Of a stretch of 64,000 nucleotides of DNA, positions 20,901 to 28,997 are shown piece by piece. Source of the DNA: an uncultured Clostridia bacterium (lineage in GTDB: Bacteria > Bacillota > Clostridia > Christensenellales > CAG-917). The notes beneath the pieces were generated by a model that saw nothing but the letters and a program-made list of their open reading frames with translations, was not told the DNA's origin and did not search any database. Where the stretch lies: assembly GCA_934254835.1 (NCBI GenBank), contig CAKQMI010000003.1, positions 14,240-78,239 of the forward strand, written 5' to 3'. The translations under genes were made by a program, and so were the position numbers. The number at the start of each line of letters is the position of its first letter. Within the stretch, counting starts at the first letter, position 1.

Positions 20901-21045
20901 GAACGTTGGAAATAAGTTTGTAACCGACGAGCGTCGCAACAACGAATACGCCAAGAAGAATCAATTGGAAATAAATTGCCTTCTCAAGACCGAAGTTGCC
21001 CATTGCAAGAGCGCCCGTCATAACAGAGTTTAACGTTGATAACAT
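17905..21045 (-). CDS. pntB: NAD(P) transhydrogenase, fused alpha-2 (PntAB) + beta (PntB) subunit with three tandem dIII domains
   Basis: 1046 aa. The N-terminal about 125 aa are alpha-2-like TM helices (...GGFMVTDRMLGM). Next comes PntB dII (GGADMPITISLLNSLSG, IMCKAMNR). Then dIII occurs three times, each with VIIVPGYGMAIAQAQH, HPVAGRMPGHMNVLLCEA and GANDVLNPAA. Confidence 0.93.
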   Translation of the reverse strand: MLSTLNSVMTGALAMGNFGLEKAIYFQLILLGVFVVATLVGYKLISNVPTLLHTPLMSGMNALSGVTVLGALSASASLFNLGTAGVVLSAIFGSLAIALAMVNVVGGFMVTDRMLGMIAKKKAKGQTAIYVASAIVGAGLLAVICCMDVIAKSAGAGSGASVRDWIYLAMAIVLSLGVLLGIAMMGKVVYSKIGNRFSAICMLLAIILIIVYGNGTNHIATVWTLYIGLALGTVAGIVLAKKVKMIQMPQMVALLNGLGGAASAIVGAFAMLGVGTGFDGFSTTTSSLALAVGMITLIGSLVAAGKLHKILPQKPVVYKGHQAMTVGSLMLTLALIVVFATVAALAGSGKIVLGMDIKAFCGIMIALLLVISGFFGFIFAIRVGGADMPITISLLNSLSGVAGAIAGLAINDLLLVAVGGIVGASGLLLTQIMCKAMNRKLGAILLGGTSGDSKPAPAPAPAEVRADKPAVAKEEVKAEKPVVKTEINYAATLNGAKEVIIVPGYGMAIAQAQHLVKQLADKLVANGTKVKYAIHPVAGRMPGHMNVLLCEANVEYEDLFEMDNINPEFKTADATIVIGANDVLNPAANTAEGTPIYGMPVLDVADCKNIFIFNYDLKPGYAGVNNPIYTREEGVHLYLGNAQETLQKFIADMDKPVETTTEVKAETAEVKPVEVKTETNYASSLNGAKEVIIVPGYGMAIAQAQHLVKQLADKLTAGGTKVKYAIHPVAGRMPGHMNVLLCEADVDYEDLYEMDNINPEFKTADATIVIGANDVLNPAANTAEGTPIYGMPVLDVADCKNIFIFNYDLKPGYAGVDNPIYTRENGVHLYLGNAQDTLQKFIADMDKPAEVALEKADTAEPAVEATAEKTEDAPKKVENPAKLLLDAKNVIIVPGYGMAIAQAQHLVKQLADKLVANGTKVKYAIHPVAGRMPGHMNVLLCEADVDYEDLYEMDDINPEFKTADASIVIGANDVLNPAANTAEGTPIYGMPVLDVADCKNIFIFNYDLKPGYAGVDNPLYTRENGVYLYLGNAQETLQKFISDMNA
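17908..18405 (-). repeat. dIII-coding repeat 3 (aa 881-1046)
   Basis: AKLLLDAKNVIIVPGYG...QKFISDMNA. Confidence 0.9.
18511..19002 (-). repeat. dIII-coding repeat 2 (aa 682-845)
   Basis: ASSLNGAKEVIIVPGYG...QKFIADM. Followed by the 35-aa linker DKPAEVALEKADTAEPAVEATAEKTEDAPKKVENP. Confidence 0.9.
19087..19578 (-). repeat. dIII-coding repeat 1 (aa 490-653)
   Basis: AATLNGAKEVIIVPGYG...QKFIADM. Followed by the 28-aa linker DKPVETTTEVKAETAEVKPVEVKTETNY. Confidence 0.9.
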
Positions 21046-21071
21046 ATTAAAGACCTGCCTTAATCATTATT

Positions 21072-21103
21072 AAAAATACCCCCTGCCCGCAAGCAGGCAG
21101 GGG
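21072..21103 (-). terminator. terminator-like GC hairpin + U-run inside the pnt operon, about 25 nt upstream of the pntB ATG
   Basis: Minus strand reads CCCCTGCC-tgcttgcg-GGCAGGGG followed by GTATTTTTAATAATG. Confidence 0.5.
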
Positions 21104-21407
21104 ATTGCCTTTTATTGATAAAATTTTACGAAAAATGGTTTTTCGTCACCGTTTAGCCATTGAACTATGTATGTTCTCGGCAAAACGGCAAGATTTGGAT
21201 GAGATTTTGACGTTTCTTGTGGCGTTCTGAAAATCCTCAATAACAGATTTCAGCATCGCGTTAATGTCAAAATTTACATTCATTAAGCGACGAGATTTAG
21301 ATGAAGTTCTGACGTTTCTTTTAATGTTCCGAGTTTTCCAGTGTACTACCACGTACACGAAAACTCGGGTTCTTAAAAAAACTCAGAAATTCGCTAAATG
21401 TCGGCGA

Positions 21408-22574
21408 TTAAAGTCCCATCGCCTCGCGAGCGCCCTTATGCACAATCTCTCCATCAAGGGTGACAAGGATGCTTTGAACGATTTCGTCATTCATATCGAG
21501 TTTCACACTGCCGTCTTTTGCGAGGAAGGCGAGCAGGTTGTAAATGTTGTATGCGAAGAGCCAAGTCGAGCTTGTGGGAAGTTGACCGGGGATATTCTTG
21601 ATACCTTCGATGATGACGCCGTGTTTGATGTCGCGAATGCCGGGGCTGGTGATAGCGCAGTTTCCGCCTTGGTCGATGGAGATATCGATAATTGCGGAGC
21701 CGGGCTTCATGGAAGCGACCATTTCATCGGTGAGGAGCGTGGGAGCGAGTTGTCCTTGGAGGAGCGCGGAGCAGAAGATGATGTCGGCGTTTTTGACGGC
21801 GTCGGCAAGAGCTTCGCGTTCTTTTTCAAGCCATTCTTCGGGGAGGCGTTTTGCATATTCTACGACGCCTACGCGACGGACAGCGATTTCCTCGGGAACG
21901 CCGGTCGGAACGATTTTCGCGCCGAGAGACATTGCCTGTTCGTTTGCGGAAGGACGGATATCTGCAGAGTAAACTTTTGCGCCCAAGCCTTTTGCGGTTG
22001 CGACTGCACGAAGACCTGCAACACCGGTACCGATGACGAGAACGTTGGCGGGTTGGATAACGCCGACTGCCGAACCGATCAAGGGCATAAATTTGGAAAT
22101 ATCGTTTGCGCCCATGAGCATGCCTTTGTAGCCTGCGCAGGTGCTCATCGAGGACAAAGCATCCATGGATTGTGCGCGAGAAATACGGGGTACACCGTCA
22201 AGGGTAAGACCGATTACGCCTGCCGCCGCCATATCTTTGACCATTTGGTGGTTGACGGGAGATGCGGGGTGAATGAACGTAATGAGGTATTGACCTTTGT
22301 GCATCATTGCGATTTCGTGTTTGCCTTTTTCTTCGTTGAAGAGAGGCTCTTTAACTTTCAAAATAACGTCGGATTTTGCAAAAATTTCTTCGCAATCTTC
22401 CAAAATGGTTGCGCCCGCGGCAAGATAATCTTTGTCGTGATAGTGCGAGCCTTCGCCTGCTCCTTTTTCGAAAAGAACGGTCATACCGGAGTCGACCATC
22501 TTTTTAACGGTGTCGGGAATTGCTGCAACACGAGCTTCGTCGTGCATAATTTCCTTGGGGATACCAACTATCAT
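21408..22574 (-). CDS. pntA: NAD(P) transhydrogenase subunit alpha part 1 (dI, alanine-dehydrogenase-like)
   Basis: 388 aa. MIVGIPKEIMHDEARVAAIPDTVKKMV, Rossmann motif VLVIGTGVAGLRAVATAKGLGA. Confidence 0.93.
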   Translation of the reverse strand: MIVGIPKEIMHDEARVAAIPDTVKKMVDSGMTVLFEKGAGEGSHYHDKDYLAAGATILEDCEEIFAKSDVILKVKEPLFNEEKGKHEIAMMHKGQYLITFIHPASPVNHQMVKDMAAAGVIGLTLDGVPRISRAQSMDALSSMSTCAGYKGMLMGANDISKFMPLIGSAVGVIQPANVLVIGTGVAGLRAVATAKGLGAKVYSADIRPSANEQAMSLGAKIVPTGVPEEIAVRRVGVVEYAKRLPEEWLEKEREALADAVKNADIIFCSALLQGQLAPTLLTDEMVASMKPGSAIIDISIDQGGNCAITSPGIRDIKHGVIIEGIKNIPGQLPTSSTWLFAYNIYNLLAFLAKDGSVKLDMNDEIVQSILVTLDGEIVHKGAREAMGL

Positions 22575-22637
22575 AATTATTACTCCTTATTTAGGCTTGC
22601 GCCCTTTTTTTTATAATTTTGCGCAGATGCGCATATT

Positions 22638-23099
22638 TTACTTTTCTTTTTTCGCCTTGACGGGGATGTTGTAGTCGTTTTTCGGACTGCTGAGCACAAT
22701 GCTGGTTTGCGTCTTTGAAACGCCCGGAATGCTCTTTATCTCGTTCAGGACGTTTTCGAGAGTCCTCGTGTTGTCGGTGACGACCTTCAAGAAGTAGTCG
22801 AACTCGCCTGCGATATACAAACATTCGGCAATGTGGTGATTGCTCTTGACCGCAGTCACGAAGCCGTCGTTGAACTTCGGGTGGTCGATTGCGACGCTTA
22901 TCAGCGCGGTGACGTCTTTTCCGAGTTTTTCGGGGACGATAATCGCGGTGTAACCCTTGATAACCCCTGCGCTTTCAAGCTTTTTTATGCGTTCGATAAC
23001 AGTGGACGTGGACAATTTCACCTTCTCGGCGATTTCGGACGAATTCGCTCTGGCGTTTTTCATAAGACACTGCAAAATTTTTACGTCTGTATTATCCAC
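22638..23099 (-). CDS. Lrp/AsnC family transcriptional regulator
   Basis: Start placed at GTG 23099 (M)DNTDVKILQCLMKNARANSSEIAEKVKLSTSTVIERIKKLESAGVIKGY, behind an AAGGAG RBS. A C-terminal RAM/AsnC_trans_reg-type domain follows. Confidence 0.88.
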   Translation of the reverse strand: MDNTDVKILQCLMKNARANSSEIAEKVKLSTSTVIERIKKLESAGVIKGYTAIIVPEKLGKDVTALISVAIDHPKFNDGFVTAVKSNHHIAECLYIAGEFDYFLKVVTDNTRTLENVLNEIKSIPGVSKTQTSIVLSSPKNDYNIPVKAKKEK

Positions 23100-23323
23100 A
23101 AAACACTCCTTTCCTCTCACCATTTGATTTTAACATACGTTAAATGCGGTGTAAACGATATTATTCATTTTTTTCCGAATTTTTTACGGAAAAGCGTTCT
23201 TGTAACAAAATTTTTTTCGGAAATGGGCAAAGATAACAAAAAATTTCAATATCGGTCAAAATTTTACAATTGTAAAAAACGACGCCGAGATTTTTCACTC
23301 GACGTCGCCTGACTTTCGGTTCG

Positions 23324-23346
23324 AAAAAACGGCTGTTTCCAGCCGT
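23324..23346 (-). terminator. rho-independent terminator after the PLC-like gene
   Basis: Minus strand reads ACGGCTG-gaaa-CAGCCGT followed by TTTTTCG. A second weaker hairpin + T-run lies at about 23275-23312. Confidence 0.65.
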
Positions 23347-23355
23347 CTTATTTCG

Positions 23356-24564
23356 TTATTTTCCGCGCAAAGTCACGGTTTTGTCCTTTTCGTACAGGAC
23401 GGCGTAATAGGTGTCCGTCCACTTGCCCTTCGTAGGGTATTCCATTATTCTTTCCTTGACGTGCGGGGTGTAGTCGGTGCTTAAAATATTCGCGCCCGAT
23501 TCGATGCCGTTTTTGTACCAGTGTTCTTTGACGACGGCGTATTTGTCAAGCCTTGTCCTGACCATAAAGTTGTCGCGGTTTATCGCTTGCGCGATACTGT
23601 CTTTTGCTTTCGTCGGATCGTTCAAAATCGTCGTGAACGCGAAACGGGAATAAGCCTTGCCTTTTTTCAGGACGGTCGTGTATTCGAGGGCGATATTCAT
23701 CGCGCTTTTTTGCATATCGGGATCGCGGTTCATATACGTTTCCAAGCTGTCTTTTTCGTGCAGAAGGAAGATGATTTTGCCCTTCAAACTTTCGACGGTG
23801 GGATAAGCGTTGTTTTTGCGGAATTCGTCAAAGTCCTTTACGCCCGCCGTGTCCAAAAGTTTTTTGGGCGTCACGAGTTTGTCCCCAAACGCCGAAAAGA
23901 GCATTTCGTCGAACTTTTCAAACGCTTCGAGGTCGAAGTTTTTCCCGCCTTTCGGCTCGACAAGCACGATAATCGGCAGAGCGTCGGGGTTTCTGTCCAT
24001 CCACATTCTGATTTCTTTAAGACCTTTGTCGAAATTTATCATGGTGCTGTTGGTTTCCAACAAGTCGCCGTGCAGACACTCTATTTTGAAGCCGTCGTCG
24101 GTTTTTATCTTGTTGGCGTCCAACTCGATACTGCGGATACCGCAATTCAACTGCTCGGTTATCGTATCGAAGATATAGTCAAACTTTTTGCCCATAATCG
24201 CGCCGAACGGACCGTGATAAAAAAACTTCGTTTCGGGAGTAAGCCCCGTCTTATAACTGTTGTGCGAGGCAATGTATCTGATTTCGTTGAGCTTTGCGCC
24301 GTAGACTTCGGACAGCGTCGTGCGCGTCAAAAAATCCTCTTCGTTCACCCTTGAAAAGTTTGCGTCGTTTTTATAGCACTGTTCGAGATAGGCAACGTAT
24401 TCTTCCTGCCAGTTTATCCAGACCTCTTTTGCGTCCTTTGCCGACACCGTCGCCGAGATGAACCCGGCCAGCGCAACAAGGAACCACGCCGAAAACGCCC
24501 AAATAAATATAACGAGCGCCCACTTTCCGCCCTTGGACATCGGTTTTCTTGCTTTTTTCGTCAT
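23356..24564 (-). CDS. membrane-anchored PLC-like phosphodiesterase (PI-PLC X-domain-like)
   Basis: 402 aa. N-terminal TM anchor WALVIFIWAFSAWFLVALAGFISA. The IASHNSYK and SIELDAN motifs resemble the Ca-dependent bacterial PI-PLC family. The family call is tentative. Confidence 0.5.
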   Translation of the reverse strand: MTKKARKPMSKGGKWALVIFIWAFSAWFLVALAGFISATVSAKDAKEVWINWQEEYVAYLEQCYKNDANFSRVNEEDFLTRTTLSEVYGAKLNEIRYIASHNSYKTGLTPETKFFYHGPFGAIMGKKFDYIFDTITEQLNCGIRSIELDANKIKTDDGFKIECLHGDLLETNSTMINFDKGLKEIRMWMDRNPDALPIIVLVEPKGGKNFDLEAFEKFDEMLFSAFGDKLVTPKKLLDTAGVKDFDEFRKNNAYPTVESLKGKIIFLLHEKDSLETYMNRDPDMQKSAMNIALEYTTVLKKGKAYSRFAFTTILNDPTKAKDSIAQAINRDNFMVRTRLDKYAVVKEHWYKNGIESGANILSTDYTPHVKERIMEYPTKGKWTDTYYAVLYEKDKTVTLRGK

Positions 24565-24675
24565 AATATCACCCTTAATATTGATATATAAAATATACCA
24601 TAATAAAAGGTGGTTTGTAAACCCGTATTCGGTGCAAAAAAAATGATGTATGCAAAAAAAATTTATTTCAAACTA

Positions 24676-24727
24676 TTGACATTCGCGATTTTTGTGATAT
24701 GATATATATCGTCAGGCGATATACATA
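24676..24727 (+). promoter_or_regulatory. sigma-A promoter plus inverted repeat (possible PadR operator)
   Basis: TTGACA (24676-24681)-N16-TATGAT (24698-24703) preceded by TG. This is immediately followed by TATATCG-tcagg-CGATATA. Confidence 0.5.
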
Positions 24728-24744
24728 AGGAGGCGAAATATAAA

Positions 24745-25080
24745 ATGGCTATTAGCGCGGATATGCTACGCGGTCACACCGAAACGATAATTCTTGCAAG
24801 GCTCATTGACGGCGACAGCTACGGCTATGAAATAAGCAAGTCTATCGAGGAGTTGAGCCGTGGGGAACTTATCCTCAAAGACGCCACTCTCTACACCGCT
24901 TTCCGCCGTATGGAACACGACGGATTTATCGAAAGTTACTGGGGCGAAAGCGATGCGGGCGCAAGACGCAGATATTACCGCATCACGAAAAAAGGTCGCT
25001 CATTTTACGAATTCAACAAAAACAATTGGTTCGACGCCATAGAAATAATGAAAGATTTAATTAACGGAGGAAACAAATAA
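24745..25080 (+). CDS. PadR family transcriptional regulator
   Basis: 111 aa. LRGHTETIILARLIDGDSYGYEISKSI...LYTAFRRMEHDGFIESYWGE...RRYYRITKKG. Confidence 0.9.
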   Translation: MAISADMLRGHTETIILARLIDGDSYGYEISKSIEELSRGELILKDATLYTAFRRMEHDGFIESYWGESDAGARRRYYRITKKGRSFYEFNKNNWFDAIEIMKDLINGGNK

Positions 25081-25928
25081 TGTTAATCGACCGCTTCAAA
25101 AAGTATCTCGAACAACAATTCCGCGCTATCTCCCCCACCAAAGAGGCGATGGAGTACCGCGAAGAAGTCTTGCAAAACCTGCTCGACCGCGCGCAAGAGT
25201 ACAAAATAAAAGGCATGACCGACGAAGACGCCATCTACGACTTGTGCATCGACAGCCTTGGCAAGTTCAAAGATACGCTTGTCGATTTTGAAAACAGGCT
25301 CGACAACGTCAAGCGCGCAGTGCCCCGCATCGGAGCAAGAGTTCTTACGGGCATCGCAATCGCGCTTTTCGTGATTATCGGGTATCTGTCGGTCAGTTTC
25401 GCAACCCGCGCTTGGGACAAAACTTGGCTTATTCTCGTCGGCGGTGCGTTTATGGGCATTACCGCGGGCGCGATTTTCGGCATCATCGTCTTTGCAAAAA
25501 AGAAAAGACGCCTTGCCGTGCGCGGACTGTCCCACATTATTCTTGCGCTTGCGTTCACCTTTATTTTCTTGATTTTGCAAATCCTCGTGCGCTTCCAATA
25601 CAGCTGGATGACATTCCTCGTAATGGTCGTTGCAATGCTCATCACCGACACGGCGGAGGCGTATTCCTACGGCAGTAAAACCCGTCTTATCGACCTTTTG
25701 GCAACGGTTGAAGTGACGGCGGTTATGATGTACGTAATGCTGGGCGTGACGCACGTTATCAAGTGGAACCCGTGGTGGCTGTTGCCTGTCGGAGCCGCTC
25801 TTGTCGACGTGATTATCCTCATCGTATCCCTTCTTAGATATTCCAAGAAAAAGGAAAAAGCCATTGCCGAAAAGAAGGCGCGTATCGACGAAGCGTACTA
25901 CACTATGTGGAACGACGAAAATAAATAA
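25080..25928 (+). CDS. PadR-associated integral membrane protein (DUF1700/HAAS-like N-terminus)
   Basis: 282 aa. TAATG overlap with the padR stop. A soluble helical N-terminus is followed by about 5 TM helices. Confidence 0.65.
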   Translation: MLIDRFKKYLEQQFRAISPTKEAMEYREEVLQNLLDRAQEYKIKGMTDEDAIYDLCIDSLGKFKDTLVDFENRLDNVKRAVPRIGARVLTGIAIALFVIIGYLSVSFATRAWDKTWLILVGGAFMGITAGAIFGIIVFAKKKRRLAVRGLSHIILALAFTFIFLILQILVRFQYSWMTFLVMVVAMLITDTAEAYSYGSKTRLIDLLATVEVTAVMMYVMLGVTHVIKWNPWWLLPVGAALVDVIILIVSLLRYSKKKEKAIAEKKARIDEAYYTMWNDENK

Positions 25929-25979
25929 CACACACTTTATCTCGTAAAAACATTACGATAAACCCTTTATTTTGATATT

Positions 25980-27266
25980 ATGAGCAAAACTATAAAAGCC
26001 GAAATGTGGGATAAGATGCAATATCTTTTCCGCAACTATTACGACCGTATGGTGCACGCGACGCTCACCTTCGACGGGCTTTTGGACGAAAACGTTCTCA
26101 GAAACGTGCTGGTCATCATGTGCGAAAAAGCACCCGTCCTGCACAGCAGTTTTCACGAAAACCCCGTCAACCCTTACTGGAAGGTCGAGCCTTACGTCGT
26201 CGATGATATTCTGACGGTCAAGGACAGCGACGATCCCGAAAAGGAAGCCTACGATTTCTTGTGCCAAAGCATACCCGTCACGTCAAACGTGCAGTTTAAG
26301 GTGCTGGTTTTGAACAAGGACGGCAAATCGACTTTTTCGATGATAGTCAACCACATGTGCTTCGACGGCGGAGATTTCAAGTACTTTTTGAAAAAGCTTG
26401 CAAAAAACTACAACGCTTTTTTGAACGGCGAAAACCCCACCGACTTAAAACAAGGCACAAGAAGCGCGGAACAAGTTTATACCAAACTTGACGCGCCCGA
26501 CAAAAAAGTCGCCAAAGGTCTTTACAAAAACATCAGCGCAGTGAAAGATAAGCACGTCTTCCCGCTGACCGAGCCTCGCCCCGACGACTATACGATGATA
26601 AATATCCGAAAAATCGACAGGGACACTTTCGTCAAGATGAAGGACACCGGCAAACGCTTGGGCGTCACCGTCAACGACGTACTGCTTGCCGTTTACGTCC
26701 GCGCACTTTACGACATATCGAATATGCGCCCCGACGAAACGCTGTCAATCCCCTGCATGGTCGATTTGCGCCGTCATATCGAAGGCGGTGAGGACGCCGG
26801 CGGTCTTGCCAACCACACGGGATTTATGCTCTGCACGGTGCACGACAAAGGCGAAACCATCAACGACACCCTCATCAACGTCATGCGCTCCACAAAAAAG
26901 AGCAAGCGCGACAAATATATGGGACTTTACAGCCTTCCTCTTTTGAAGCTCGCCTATACGATTTTGCCGTTTTCGATTTCGGAATTCGCCATAAAACTTG
27001 GCTACGACAACCCGCTTATCGGCATGAGCAACATCGGACTTTTGCCCGTGGACAAGCTGACTTTCGGCGGTGCGAAACCCATCGACGGCTTTATGACGGG
27101 CGCGGTGAAGTACAAGCCGTTTATGCAACTTGCCCTGACAACTTTGAACGACGCCGTCACGATGACGATTGCGATACGCGGAAACAACGACGACAAGGTC
27201 ATCGTCCAAAAGTTTTTTGACCTGATCGTCGCAAATATCAACGACTTTATCAAAATCAACGAATAG
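25980..27266 (+). CDS. stand-alone condensation-domain-like acyltransferase
   Basis: 428 aa. NHMCFDGGD matches the HHxxxDG catalytic motif of the NRPS C-domain/PapA5/WS-DGAT superfamily. No A or T domains nearby. Confidence 0.6.
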   Translation: MSKTIKAEMWDKMQYLFRNYYDRMVHATLTFDGLLDENVLRNVLVIMCEKAPVLHSSFHENPVNPYWKVEPYVVDDILTVKDSDDPEKEAYDFLCQSIPVTSNVQFKVLVLNKDGKSTFSMIVNHMCFDGGDFKYFLKKLAKNYNAFLNGENPTDLKQGTRSAEQVYTKLDAPDKKVAKGLYKNISAVKDKHVFPLTEPRPDDYTMINIRKIDRDTFVKMKDTGKRLGVTVNDVLLAVYVRALYDISNMRPDETLSIPCMVDLRRHIEGGEDAGGLANHTGFMLCTVHDKGETINDTLINVMRSTKKSKRDKYMGLYSLPLLKLAYTILPFSISEFAIKLGYDNPLIGMSNIGLLPVDKLTFGGAKPIDGFMTGAVKYKPFMQLALTTLNDAVTMTIAIRGNNDDKVIVQKFFDLIVANINDFIKINE

Positions 27267-27280
27267 ATTCCCTCCAATCA

Positions 27281-27310
27281 AAAACCGCCCGAAAATTCGG
27301 GCGGTTTTGC
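27281..27310. terminator. bidirectional terminator between convergent genes
   Basis: AAAA-ACCGCCCGAA-aa-TTCGGGCGGT-TTTGCTTTT. Confidence 0.7.
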
Positions 27311-27324
27311 TTTTCTTCGATTGC

Positions 27325-28152
27325 TTATTTTTCCAGACGTTTTATCGCTTCGAGCGCACTGTCAAGATAGTTTGCGTCCAGCGTTTCGATTTCCCCTTCG
27401 TCGCAGGCTTTTGCGATTTCCTTGTCGAACGGGATACGTCCCAAAACTTTGAGGTCGAACTCGGTCGCGACTTCGTCAACCTTACTTTCGCTGAAAATCG
27501 AAAACTCCTTTCCGCAGTCGGGGCACTTGACGTAACTCATATTTTCAACGACGCCAAGCACGGGAATATTCATCATATTCGCCATCTTCACGGCTTTGCC
27601 GACAATCATCGACACAAGTTCTTGCGGACTTGTCACGACGATAATTCCGTCAACGTTGAGGCTTTGGAAAACGGTGAGAGGCACGTCGCCCGTTCCGGGA
27701 GGCATATCGACGTACATAAAGTCTACCTCGCCCCACACGCAGTCCGTCCAGAACTGCTTGACCATGCCCGCAATCACGGGACCACGCCAAATTACGGGAT
27801 CGTTGTCGCGCTCCAACAAAAGGTTTGCCGACATAATCTCGATTCCGCCCTTTGACTTTTCGGGATAGAAAAATTTGCCGTCGCTGTCAACGGGACCTTT
27901 CACGTTGAACATGCGCGGAATTGACGGGCCGGTGATATCAGCGTCCAAAATCGCCGTCTTAAACCCTTGTTTTGCCGTCAAAGACGCAATAAGCCCCGTT
28001 ACCAACGATTTGCCTACACCGCCTTTTCCCGACACGATACCGATGACGTGCTTGACCTTTGACAGTTCGTTGACGGCAACGGTAAAATCTGTTTTTTCAT
28101 TGCAATTCCCACGGCTTTCGCAAGAACCGCAATCGTGCGTACATTCGCTCAT
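27325..28152 (-). CDS. Mrp/NBP35/ApbC family Fe-S cluster carrier ATPase
   Basis: 275 aa. N-terminal Cys-rich CTHDCGSCESRGNC, deviant Walker A SGKGGVGKS, and CPDCG. Confidence 0.9.
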   Translation of the reverse strand: MSECTHDCGSCESRGNCNEKTDFTVAVNELSKVKHVIGIVSGKGGVGKSLVTGLIASLTAKQGFKTAILDADITGPSIPRMFNVKGPVDSDGKFFYPEKSKGGIEIMSANLLLERDNDPVIWRGPVIAGMVKQFWTDCVWGEVDFMYVDMPPGTGDVPLTVFQSLNVDGIIVVTSPQELVSMIVGKAVKMANMMNIPVLGVVENMSYVKCPDCGKEFSIFSESKVDEVATEFDLKVLGRIPFDKEIAKACDEGEIETLDANYLDSALEAIKRLEK

Positions 28153-28156
28153 AATC

Positions 28157-28888
28157 TCACTTCCTGTTTTCTATATTATTTATTAAAAAGTCTATTCCCC
28201 TTTTTAAGTCGTTGTAAGTTGCGTCAAAATCCCCCGTGTAGTACGGATCGGCAACGTCGCGCGTTTCGCCCGAAAACTCCAAAAACTTTTTTACCTTGTT
28301 CCCTTTATCGGGCGCGAAAAGCCTTTTCAGATATGCGACGTTTTGGTCGTCCATGCCAACCGTGAATAATACAAACTGTTAGAAATCGCCGATATTTCCG
28401 TGCTTTTCGGCAATTACTCACTTGTAGTACAAAAAGTACAACTGCGTTCGTCTTTTCCAAAAATCATCGAAACTCTCGACGGTTTGGTCTAAGGAGTATT
28501 GCCCCCGCGTTTTTAGACGAAAACAAGGCACGCGAGCGGGTTAATACTGTATGTATAAGCCGTGAGCGCAACGAAGTTTTAGTCAAAAACACGGAGCAAG
28601 ACCATAGTTCGTATTATTCACGGTTGGCATACCAAGAAACAAATCGTACTTTTCATAGTCGGATTTTTTGACGGGCTTTGAATAATGCGGATAAGTCGAG
28701 ACGCCATGCTCGTGCAGTTTTTCAAGGGCTTTCGGATAAGTCGGATTACCCTCTTCAAAGGAGCAAGTCGCCGAGGAATCGATTGTATATTTGCCACTCA
28801 ATCCCCTTTTTTGCAAGGCGTCGTTCATCATAAATTCCGCCATTGCGCTTCGACAAATATTCCCAAGACATACAAACATTATTTTCAT
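28157..28888 (-). pseudogene. low-molecular-weight protein-tyrosine phosphatase split by a 274-bp insertion
   Basis: The N-terminal part is MKIMFVCLGNICRSAMAEF...KYDLFLGM (28888 to about 28629). The C-terminal part is (M)DDQNVAYLKRLF...DVADPYYTGDFDATYNDL (28354-28157). Removing 28355-28628 plus one AT restores LFLGMDDQNV. Confidence 0.85.
28355..28628 (+). mobile_element. non-autonomous TIR element (MITE-like), copy A
   Basis: Ends are GCCAACCGTGAATAATAC...GTATTATTCACGGTTGGC (18 nt perfect, 22/23), with AT on both flanks. No ORF. About 90 percent identical by eye to copy B at 59668-59940. Confidence 0.8.
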
Positions 28889-28997
28889 GACATCGGCTAG
28901 CATAAGTAAAATGATAACACTTTCGATATGCAAAGTCAACGGAGTAAGGTTGGAAGTATCGTTTCTTTTCTTTATTTTCGGTTTTTTGAAAAATTCC

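Noticed and set aside
21146-21358. A 70-aa ORF in the pnt spacer with a repeated RNV(R/K)xSSKS(R/C)R peptide.
   Set aside because: The peptide repeat merely reflects the 33-nt DNA direct repeats. There is no RBS and it is highly basic. It is treated as non-coding.
25083-25931. A 282-aa minus-strand ORF that exactly mirrors the 282-aa plus-strand ORF.
   Set aside because: The plus-strand product has clean TM helices and a TAATG coupling to padR. The mirror ORF is Arg/His/Asp-rich and lacks an RBS.
28355-28628. The idea that the insert in the phosphatase gene is a group I intron or an intein. Insert plus duplication is 276 nt, a multiple of 3.
   Set aside because: There is an in-frame stop after 14 codons. 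It has perfect terminal inverted repeats and AT flanks. Nearly identical copies lie in intergenic DNA. The possible splice junctions do not give the U / omega-G combination expected of group I introns.
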